64,000 nt of DNA from Macrostomum hystrix (Eukaryota > Animalia > Platyhelminthes). The notes below the pieces were generated by a model that saw nothing but the letters and a program-made list of their open reading frames with translations, made no database searches and had not been told where the DNA came from. Made by a program: the position numbers and the translations under genes. Positions 47,601 to 56,190 of this stretch are shown here, piece by piece. The first letter of the stretch is position 1. Each line of letters begins with the position of its first letter. The stretch is from positions 868,001 to 932,000 of the forward strand of contig CATNEN010000003.1 of NCBI GenBank assembly GCA_950097015.1. Reading direction: 5' to 3'.

Positions 47601-50600
47601 GCCATGCTAGCAGAAGAACTAAGAAACCGATTAGAGCTGGGACCGACGAGACATGTCAAAATTCAAAAATTTACGCCAAATCAGGAAATCAGAATTTGGC
47701 TGACAGCCTTTGACCAGCGCTGCGAAGCTGAAGGAATAGAGGAGGCACACAGGAAGCGCGAGCTCCTAGCCAACCTCGATCTCTCAACTGCGTTTGCCGC
47801 AGTGCAGCGTATGAACTTACCGGACGATCTAGATTACGAAGATTTTAAAGAAAGACTAGTGGAACGTTTCGGAAGAACAGGAAGCTCCGCCGAATTTAGG
47901 GAAGAATTTAGAAGCCGTAGTCAAGGACGCAACGAACCAGTGGAAAATTTCTCTGACGCTCTTATTGAACTAGCTACCAGAGCATTTCCGAATATGACCG
48001 CAGAACAGAGAGAAGAAGAAATAATAGAACAATTTATTAAAGGAGTGAAAGTACCGGCTGAAACCAGAGAGAAGCTTATTTTTGCTGCACCAGCAACTCT
48101 ACAAGATGCAAGGAGAATGCTGAGACGCATGGAAACAGCGTGGAACATGTCCCACAAAGGTGTTAGTATGAAGATGGCCAAGAGTGATGAAGCTGAACAA
48201 AAGAGACAGAGCAGGATTGAAGAAATATTGCTAAGGCAACAAGAAGAACTAGAACAACAAAAGAGAACCATGCAAGAACTCATGGTCAGTGTCCAGATGG
48301 CTACTCAGAACCTGCAGCAGCAGCAGAACTATCAGCAGCAGCAGAACTATCAGCAGCAGAATTATCAGCAGCGGCAGAACTATCAGCAGCAGCAGAACTA
48401 TCAGCAGCAGCAGAACTATCAGCAGCAGAATTATCAGCAGCGGCAGAACTATCAGCAGCAGCAGAATTATCAGCAGCGGCAGAACTATCAGCAGCAGCAG
48501 AATTATCAGCAGCGGCAGAACTATCAGCAGCAGCAGAACTATCAGCCGAAACAGCAGCCAAATACTCAAGCGCAACAGCAGCAGTCGCAGAACTATCAGC
48601 AGCAGCAACAGCAGCAGGATCGCCCGCCGCGAATCTGCTTCAATTGTGGCAATAACGGGCATGTGGCCAAATTCTGCCGAAGTTCTGGACTGGCTAATTC
48701 CAATCAGCAGCAGGGAAACTGAGGAGCGAGGATCGAGCAGAGAGGCCCCGATCCTCAGGAACAAATAAGTGCAAATTAAAAGCCTCTGAACCAGCAGTAG
48801 CAACGTCCGCACCCAAGATCGAGTCAACTAATATAGAGATTAAAGGTCGGGAAGCAATATTACAAGGAGAAATTAGAGGAAAGTCGCTAAACTTTTTACT
48901 AGACACCGGTGCTGGACATAACTTTTTAAGTCGAAGCTCATGGAAGAACACGTTCCGCAAAGAAGAAATTTACAATTCAAATAGACGAGTAACAACTTTC
49001 GACGGTTCAGAAGTGGAGATTATTGGTGAAGTAACAACAGTATTAAACTTTGGCGATATCAGTATCAGTACACTATTCCTGCTGTGTGACCACGAGAGTG
49101 ACGATATCTTAGGAATGGAGTTTTTCTTGAAATATTGCAATAATATCAATTTTAGTCAAGGAATGGTGGTTTTAAAGAATGGAAGATGTCTGCCTATTCA
49201 ATTTACTAAACTGCCTGTGCGAATATGCAGAGTATACAGCCAGGAGAAAATAACCGTGCCGGCTAGCAGCGCTCTGAAGATCCCAGTGCGATTAGCAACT
49301 AACTATGAAAGAAATTATGGAACGCCCATGACTGTAGAAGCAATCAACGATCAGATTCAATTAAAAGAAGGATCAGTAGGAGTAACTCCTACGTTAGTTA
49401 CTATGATCGATGAAACAGGAGTAGTGGAAGTTGTGAATAAACATAACTACGAAATCAATATACCGAAATCATCTTTAATTGGTTTAGCCAAGCCGCTGAA
49501 GTCAAAGAATTTGAATTATTATATTGAATGCGATAAAGAAACAGAACGAATCGGAAGCGTCAAAGAAGAATCAGATGAATGGATAAAGGAAATCCATTTA
49601 GGCAAAGAACTGTCCGACATCCAACAAGAACAGGTCAAACAATTAATCAAAGACAATCGAAAGGCTTTTTCGCAGAATAGTCGAGAAATGGGTCTAACCC
49701 ATTTAATAACTCATGAAATCGTGCTACAGGACACCACGCCAGTCAGGATACCGACACGAAGAATTCCGCCACACCTTCAAAAGCAGGTCGATGAGCAGTT
49801 AGATGACATGTTGGCAAAGAACTTAATCCGACCTTGCTACAGTACCTATTCAACACCGTTGGTAATTGTGCCAAAGAAAGATGGGACGCTTCGGATAGTG
49901 AGTGATTTTCGTGTACTGAATTCACGAGTACACTATTATCCCTATCCGTTGCCTAACATCCAAGAAACGTTTTCTCATCTGACGGGCAGTCAGTTCTTCA
50001 GCAGCCTTGACCTGAATTCGGGTTATTGGCAAGTGCCGATCAAGGAAGAACACAAACATATGACTGCGTTCTCTACGCTGACCCGAGGTCAATTTGAATA
50101 CCAAGTGATGGCGCAAGGGCTGTCCAATGCCCCTGGCACCTTTCAAAGATTGATGAATACAGTGCTAGAAGGGATCCAGCATCGGTATGCCATGTCCTAT
50201 ATAGATGACATCATCACCTATTCAAAAAGATTTGAAGAACATCTACAGCATTTAGCCGAAGTTTTCAAAAGAATCATTTCTGCCGGGCTCAAACTAAGGC
50301 CCAAGAAATGTTTTCTGTTTCAGCAAGAATTGCAGTATTTAGGTCATGTCATCGGAAAGTATGGAATTAGAACTGACCCTGCTAAGATCGAAGCAATTGC
50401 ATCATGGCCAACGCCGCGGGATGTGAAAGAACTGCGAAGCTTCTTAGGCCTGTGTAATTATTATTGTAGGTTCGTAAAAAATTATGCAGAGGCAGCGCAT
50501 CCACTTTTCCAACTGACAAAGAAGAACATTCAGAACTTTAAAGAGAAATGGAACAGTAGTCATGATGCGGCATTTCAGCTACTGAAGCAAAGAATGACTT

Positions 50601-53600
50601 CCACTGAAGTGCTCGCCTATCCGGAAATCACTGATAATGAAAATGTGAGGATGGTGCTAGACACTGACGCCAGCGACGATAGAATCGGCGCTTGCCTGGG
50701 TCAGATCCAGGCGGATGGCGTAGAAAGGCCCATCGCTTATTTTAGCCGCGCGATGAAGGAGTCGGAGAAACGTTATCCGATTACCAAAAAAGAGTTGCTC
50801 GCCTTGGTCGATGGGATGAAGCATTTTCGCTTCTACCTGATTGGCAAGAAATTCTTAGCCAGAACGGACCACAAAGCAATTCTATGGCTTTTGAGACAGA
50901 CGGAGGCACAGGGCATCCTAGGCAGATGGATAGAGAGGCTTAGTGAGTTCCAATTCGATATTGAGCATCGAAGTGGAGCCAAGCACTCTAATGCTGATGG
51001 ATTGTCCAGAAGGCCGTCAGAAGCAATCAAAACAGAAGAAGTAAATAGAATCTCAACCAGACAGTTGCCACGTGTTCAAGAGAAAGGATGCCAGACTGTA
51101 AGGAATGAGAAGAGAAAAAGAAAGACCAGGTCAAAACGAAAGTCTGCATTAACAAGCCAGCGCTTGTTTCAAGACAAACAAGGACCAAAACTGTTATTAT
51201 ATCGAATTAATGTCACTGCTGTTCCGAATTCAATGAGAATTATTGAAGAAATTGTGAAGAAAAATGGCGCTCCTAAAGCAAAGGCCAAGCCCGCAGAGCA
51301 AGGCATTAAGAGGAGGCAGCCAGAGCGCAAAAAGCCGCCAGACAAATCGCCGGACGTGTCAGATAGTGAGCTTAGCTCCGAAGAAAGAATTAGATGGTCC
51401 GCCCGTGGCAGGGAAAGTTTTGACCCGCACGAGGAAAATGACCCGCCAGAGAGCGATACCAATGAAAGCTCGGAGGAAATTGAAGAAATCCCCGAGGACT
51501 TAACAGATCAAGTTGCCTATAATCTCAGGCCACGCCTGACCCCACGCATCACGCAGACATGCGGTGATCTCGTGCCCAAGCTTAAGCGTGCTCGCTTTCA
51601 AAAACAATAGGCGAACGCCCACCACCCCAGGCCAGTAAGCCAATGGGTGATGATATTGCTCACATATTCCTCGTGTATTATTGTGTAATCTGGCGATACC
51701 TATATCGCTAATATATCCTGCGTGTATCAAATTTGTATTGTTGTGTAATTCCTACGATAAGACTGCGTCACGAAAATATTTTAAATACTCTCCGCATATT
51801 ATTTGGTATATTTTGTATACACATCGATATCCTCATTGTAAACAAAATCTCGGCATCCTATTGGTCAGGCACTCGCCCATTTTGTGACTATATAAAGGGC
51901 CACCTCGGAACAAGGGTTGCGCTAGCTAAGTGCTCTACTGAGACATACAGCCAACTCGCCATAATGGCCGAAAATACCTCACTGAGTGATTTCTTACAAG
52001 AACTCATTGACTGTAATGAAGTTCCAAATGAATTCACAGGAGTGAGTGTGGAAGTCCTGCCAGCAGGCAGCGAAACTGAGCCGCCAATAGGCGAGTGCAA
52101 TGTGGTTGACACCACGCCACGCAACGAATTGGCCGCTCCGCTGCGGCAGGCCACGCGGCCGAAACCACCTGCCTATAGGGGCACGGCTGTCAAGCGGATG
52201 AGAACCTCAAGCCCGCGGCTGGAACCAGAGAATCGGCCACGAGGATCGCCGCAAAGCCGAGTCTCTAGACTGCCAATATCTACAGCCGAGATTCGTAGAC
52301 CTACAGTGCTATTGCAGCAGCCACCTGCGCATAGACCATCACAACCGACAAAGGTGGTGCAACAACCAAAGCCGCAATCAACAGTGTACAGACCACCGTC
52401 ACGCCAGCCGCTGGCTCCACGGCCTCAGAAGTTATCCACACCGGAGGATAATTGGCCACCGCGGTCTGCAGCAGCACATGGCCGGGCCGATCGGCCGGCT
52501 GCGTCAAGGATTCCACCACCCAGAATCGGGAACCGCGAAGAGCGCGTGGCCAAAGCACAGCACAAGTTGACGCAATATCTGCTAAAAATTGTGTTCCTGC
52601 GCCATGACCAAGCACTGCCGCAGAGGGCGCACATATGGCCTTCAATTCGCTCCCTACGCAGTGCGACGGACACGGCCGGGGCCATTACGGCCATGGAGAC
52701 GGTCGCCGACAGGATACGGCGAGCTCTAAATGCAGGCGACAGGCAGGCCTTCCGGACCCTACTGAACATCGAGGTACGCTGGATCCTCATCCAGCTAGGC
52801 TGGATCCACTACGAGGAACCACCACCGCAGTTTGAATTCTAGAGGGATTGACTAAGTGTTTTATCAATTTTTATGGACATTTATTTTTCTGCAAAGTGTT
52901 AATCCTTAGCTAACATCTTTCTGAAACTTTTGCTACGTATTTTGCTTTCTTTGTGTATGTTTTATGAAACTTTGTGTATTTTACTTATCTTCACTATACT
53001 TGGTATCTACGAATGTTAACTCTTTATTTTGCTAACATCTTTTGCTAATAATACTTCACTTAATTATTCAGTATTATTATTAAGAGGAGGCAGTTGTTGT
53101 GGGTCAAATTTAAATCCGCGCTAGAAAAATATACTGTATGTATACTGGTAATATTAGCCTTATTCGATTTGTTTAAAATGTAAAAATATACTGAGCATAT
53201 ATCCAGCGTACGTGGAAAAATTACTATAAATACAGCCCAGTTTCAATTAGATAGCTAACCGTTTCGTGACCATTATTAAGAAACAGTTCAATTCTCCTCG
53301 TGAGCAATCTTACAAAAGCCTTACTTATTTCTAAAGTAAGTGGAAGCCGTTGAAACCGATCCGGGGAAGCCCGAGTATAGACTGGCCAAAGAGCCTGAGT
53401 TATCTGACATATCTGTCTGAATCACCTGAGAGCATTGCCTCCAGAACTAACTAGATTTAATATCTAGAACATTACTGGCAGAAGGCCAGAAATATCGTGA
53501 CAAAAAGCCACGCTACCCAAACTATCTGTAGTTTGCATAAGTCCACCCGAGCAGGGGTGTGGTATAATGTATATGTCACTCTAAAATGATTGACAGGCAA

Positions 53601-54682
53601 TAAGTCAGAAGTTTAGGCCAATTACTTACAGTATGAGGAGAGTTTGAATTACTAGAAAAGTGCAATTGTAGAAGAAGCACTACAACATATTGTTGTATAT
53701 TGTGCAGAATAAACAAATGCATACTAATTTTTTAAAGCACAGACAAGTCGTAATGTGCTTTTAATTTATAATTTTAAGGGAAATATTTTTTATGTATGCA
53801 AATATTCCTCTTAATATTTAAAGTTGACGCAATAAATTAATTTAACGAATTTGATACACACATTAAACATAATTATAAGGGAATTTTCTAAGCAATAAGG
53901 TGGGTTCCACTAAAGCAATAAAATGGAGGCCAAAATGACTTAAAGCAGTAAAATTAAAACATATATATTTATACTTGCATTAATATAAGGTAATACTGGG
54001 ACTTTTACTTAAATTACTAAACTGCTGAATGCATACTAAAGCAAAAACTGTGCTAATCTTAAAACAATTTTTAAAGAAACGGACTTGCTTTTACTGAAGC
54101 TTAAACTTTGCAGTTAATTTATAAATACTCGTTAAACTATTATAAAAAGCTTCCTATCTACATTTTAACATTATTGAATTTATAAAGTTAGTTCTTTTTT
54201 TACAATTCATTTGAGTGTATATTTTTAGCGTAAAAAAAGTATGGACATAGTCTTGCGATATTATGTTTGTTTGTAAAGATCTAAATTTTATTCCTAAGCT
54301 CAGAAAGGATCAATATTATAAACACAAATGTATACTTTGTAAATTGCATTGTTTAGGCTGGCTTCTTTAAATATACGAGTACAGCTTTTAGAATTTTTGG
54401 TAGATCCAAAAATGTAATACAATGGTATAACTGTATTTCAGATAAGAGCAATATGGAATATTTCACAGTGATTGCTTTACTATCGTTACTATAATGCTGT
54501 GAATTCGCTTGATATATTATAGGAGACATAAGTCACGACAAGAGAAATGAAGTGCATTAACTTACTCCGATCTGCCTGACTTTAGCGTTGAAAATTCGGC
54601 CCTGTCGCTGCTGTTCTCTGTTTCGTCGCCGCTCAATCGCAGCAGCCTCTTTCCGATCGAGTGGTGTGTCTAGCTTATACAT
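44689..54682 (-). CDS. RIBC2: RIB43A-like with coiled-coils (ciliary microtubule inner protein), 379 aa, 4 exons
   Basis: Exons 54566-54682 (MYKLDTPLDRKEAAAIERRR..RIFNAKVRQIG), 46250-46837 (RREWDLYDPEALKKDKPARVHDDDPRCTISSLQKFDGEDLN), 45114-45359 ([28 protein letters not shown]), 44689-44877 (YTNPPTAAYFMQFNTSSR*); typical RIB43A signatures. Confidence 0.93.
45474..45685. repeat. Minisatellite, 17-bp unit CTGCATCTCCCCTCTGC
   Basis: About 11-12 copies in RIB43A intron 2. Confidence 0.9.
47580..48722 (+). CDS. gag: Gag (capsid-like domain, QQQQNY repeat region, CCHC zinc knuckle), 380 aa
   Basis: Intact ORF 79 bp after the 5' LTR; RSQGRNEPVENFSDALIELATRAFP capsid-type motif; CFNCGNNGHVAKFC knuckle. 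Confidence 0.92.
   Translation: MNANDAIAMLAEELRNRLELGPTRHVKIQKFTPNQEIRIWLTAFDQRCEAEGIEEAHRKRELLANLDLSTAFAAVQRMNLPDDLDYEDFKERLVERFGRTGSSAEFREEFRSRSQGRNEPVENFSDALIELATRAFPNMTAEQREEEIIEQFIKGVKVPAETREKLIFAAPATLQDARRMLRRMETAWNMSHKGVSMKMAKSDEAEQKRQSRIEEILLRQQEELEQQKRTMQELMVSVQMATQNLQQQQNYQQQQNYQQQNYQQRQNYQQQQNYQQQQNYQQQNYQQRQNYQQQQNYQQRQNYQQQQNYQQRQNYQQQQNYQPKQQPNTQAQQQQSQNYQQQQQQQDRPPRICFNCGNNGHVAKFCRSSGLANSNQQQGN
48713..48756 (+). promoter_or_regulatory. -1 ribosomal frameshift signal (slippery G GGA AAC + stem-loop)
   Basis: GGGAAAC at 48713-48719 in correct phase just before the gag TGA; 8-nt spacer; stem GAGGATCG (48728-35) / CGATCCTC (48749-56); pol is open in the -1 frame from this point. 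Confidence 0.85.
48719..51610 (+). CDS. pol: Pol: protease - linker - reverse transcriptase - RNase H - charged tail; no integrase
   Basis: Open frame with FLLDTGA (PR), LDLNSGYWQV, QGLSNAPGTFQR, YIDD (RT), LDTDAS, ELLALV, TDHKAI, HSNADGLSR (RH); then ~200 aa basic/acidic tail ending near YNLRPR, without HHCC or DDE motifs. Confidence 0.92.
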   Translation: MRSEDRAERPRSSGTNKCKLKASEPAVATSAPKIESTNIEIKGREAILQGEIRGKSLNFLLDTGAGHNFLSRSSWKNTFRKEEIYNSNRRVTTFDGSEVEIIGEVTTVLNFGDISISTLFLLCDHESDDILGMEFFLKYCNNINFSQGMVVLKNGRCLPIQFTKLPVRICRVYSQEKITVPASSALKIPVRLATNYERNYGTPMTVEAINDQIQLKEGSVGVTPTLVTMIDETGVVEVVNKHNYEINIPKSSLIGLAKPLKSKNLNYYIECDKETERIGSVKEESDEWIKEIHLGKELSDIQQEQVKQLIKDNRKAFSQNSREMGLTHLITHEIVLQDTTPVRIPTRRIPPHLQKQVDEQLDDMLAKNLIRPCYSTYSTPLVIVPKKDGTLRIVSDFRVLNSRVHYYPYPLPNIQETFSHLTGSQFFSSLDLNSGYWQVPIKEEHKHMTAFSTLTRGQFEYQVMAQGLSNAPGTFQRLMNTVLEGIQHRYAMSYIDDIITYSKRFEEHLQHLAEVFKRIISAGLKLRPKKCFLFQQELQYLGHVIGKYGIRTDPAKIEAIASWPTPRDVKELRSFLGLCNYYCRFVKNYAEAAHPLFQLTKKNIQNFKEKWNSSHDAAFQLLKQRMTSTEVLAYPEITDNENVRMVLDTDASDDRIGACLGQIQADGVERPIAYFSRAMKESEKRYPITKKELLALVDGMKHFRFYLIGKKFLARTDHKAILWLLRQTEAQGILGRWIERLSEFQFDIEHRSGAKHSNADGLSRRPSEAIKTEEVNRISTRQLPRVQEKGCQTVRNEKRKRKTRSKRKSALTSQRLFQDKQGPKLLLYRINVTAVPNSMRIIEEIVKKNGAPKAKAKPAEQGIKRRQPERKKPPDKSPDVSDSELSSEERIRWSARGRESFDPHEENDPPESDTNESSEEIEEIPEDLTDQVAYNLRPRLTPRITQTCGDLVPKLKRARFQKQ
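51860..51897 (+). promoter_or_regulatory. Candidate internal promoter for ORF3 (inverted CCAAT + TATATAAAG)
   Basis: ATTGG at 51860-64; TATATAAAG at 51889-97; ATG in strong context (GCCATAATGG) at 51964. Confidence 0.5.
51964..52842 (+). CDS. Retrotransposon ORF3 of unknown function (~292 aa; not env-like)
   Basis: Open frame between pol and the PPT: acidic N-terminus, Pro/Arg/Gln-rich middle, ~100-aa predicted helical C-terminus; no signal peptide or TM helix from the ATG. Confidence 0.75.
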   Translation: MAENTSLSDFLQELIDCNEVPNEFTGVSVEVLPAGSETEPPIGECNVVDTTPRNELAAPLRQATRPKPPAYRGTAVKRMRTSSPRLEPENRPRGSPQSRVSRLPISTAEIRRPTVLLQQPPAHRPSQPTKVVQQPKPQSTVYRPPSRQPLAPRPQKLSTPEDNWPPRSAAAHGRADRPAASRIPPPRIGNREERVAKAQHKLTQYLLKIVFLRHDQALPQRAHIWPSIRSLRSATDTAGAITAMETVADRIRRALNAGDRQAFRTLLNIEVRWILIQLGWIHYEEPPPQFEF

Positions 54683-56190
54683 TTCGACAGCAAATTGTTT
54701 TAGTAGAAGTATGGTAGTAAAGAGAAACCATAAAATTATTTTGCTTAGATTCAAGTAATTCATAAATGAACGCCAGACTTAAAGTAACTATGGAAGCACA
54801 CTTTAACAAAACAGAATCGACCTTTTACGTCTTTCTTACTTTAATACGAATTTTGTTGTATTAAAGGACCTCTTCTAATGTAAGTAGGAATAATTTTACT
54901 TCAAAAAAAGATTTACTAATTTTACGCTATTTAATAAACTAAAGAGCAAATGGACCACTAAGAGTAGAACATTATAATCCTTAGTAGAATTTGCTAGAGA
55001 CACAATCTCAAGCAATTTATATTTTGTATTAGCAAGGCATGATGAAATTAAAAAGCTTTGAAAAACCTAAGTACCACCAGTAGAAGGCGCATTTTAACTG
55101 TGTTTAATAGGTAAACAGTACCCTTTGATTTTTTTATCAAATAAACATACTATTTCACTTTCGATCGCATTGACTGATGACTAACTGACCACCTCACTGA
55201 GTAAACGTAGCTACAATTAATATAAAAGCTTGTATTTAGAACGTTTATGTAAAATTTAAGGCGTATTTTGATGTGCAACTTATGAATAAAGAAGTTACGA
55301 GCTACATGTTAGTATTGTTTTAATTACTGAATTTAATTTGGTTTAATATAGACTTAATAATTTACGCTTCATTAACCACGCGTCATTTATAGCTTTTTAC
55401 TTTGCTTGACTTTAAATTTCAAATGTATTATTTAAATCATAGCCACTCGTAATTACAAAAGACAGAAAACGATTGAATTCACTCAGCAATAACGCGAATA
55501 TGCATGAAAAAAAGACTCAAAGAATTGGAACGGTAGTTATATTGAGTTATTTTATTGCATCTATTGGGAGCGCATTAATTTTTTTCTTTAGAATACGAAT
55601 AACTAGCAATAATGCATGAAACTCTTTGCACTACTGACAGTAGGACAATGAGCATAGGAAAATTCAGATACTCCGGGCAGCTTTGCGCAAAACAATTAAG
55701 AAATCTAAGATCTATTTCATAAACGTTGATTGGGCATTCATTAGAGTAATATATAGTATCTATTTATGTCTAGAACAAAGAATTGCGGTACTAAATCCAA
55801 AGCACAAACATTTTCTATTTACTTTTTAGTCATAGTAAAAGTTTTATCATAGCCATGCGGACGAAGAAAAAACATGGTAAATGAAACAAAACAAGGAAAG
55901 TGCACATGCCCGGAAACCAGACGAGAATAACAAATTACCAGCGTTAAATAATCAAGAATTCATCTTTATAGGAAGAAAAAGGAAGTGGAAAAGTTGCATG
56001 ACATAATTCTTATAACTCACTACTATAAGTAATAAGACAAGTGTATTTTTAATGTCGACTTTATGTAATTTTTCAATTAGATGGAACACTGCTATATGTT
56101 TCAGCTCAGATACACGAAACGGAACGCACAGAAAGTCATAAAAGTTTCAATTACGACTTAAACTTAAAATAATTAAACACTTTCTTAATA

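Larger units (their letters stand above)
46908..53687 (+). mobile_element. Young Ty3/Gypsy LTR retrotransposon lacking integrase, with an extra ORF3; antisense within RIB43A intron 1
   Basis: LTRs 46908-47500 and 53095-53687 (593 bp each, TGTTGT...ACAACA, no differences found by eye); TSD TATT at 46904-46907 and 53688-53691; PBS TGGTGGCAGCGG at 47504-47515 (tRNA-Leu-like); PPT AAGAGGAGGCAG at 53082-53093. Confidence 0.95.

Noticed and set aside
48249-48827. Antisense Leu-rich and Ser/Ala-rich ORFs over gag
   Set aside because: Shadow frames of the CAG-rich QQQQNY repeat.
49013-49700. Integrase upstream of RT (Gmr1-like order), or a DIRS-type tyrosine recombinase, as explanation for the missing integrase
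   Set aside because: The PR-RT interval has no HHCC/DDE or recombinase motifs, and the element has ordinary direct LTRs with a TSD.
51733-51963. Hydrophobic N-terminal extension of ORF3 suggesting an env signal/TM segment
   Set aside because: Depends on a TTG start; the first ATG is at 51964, downstream of a TATA box, and the rest has no env features.
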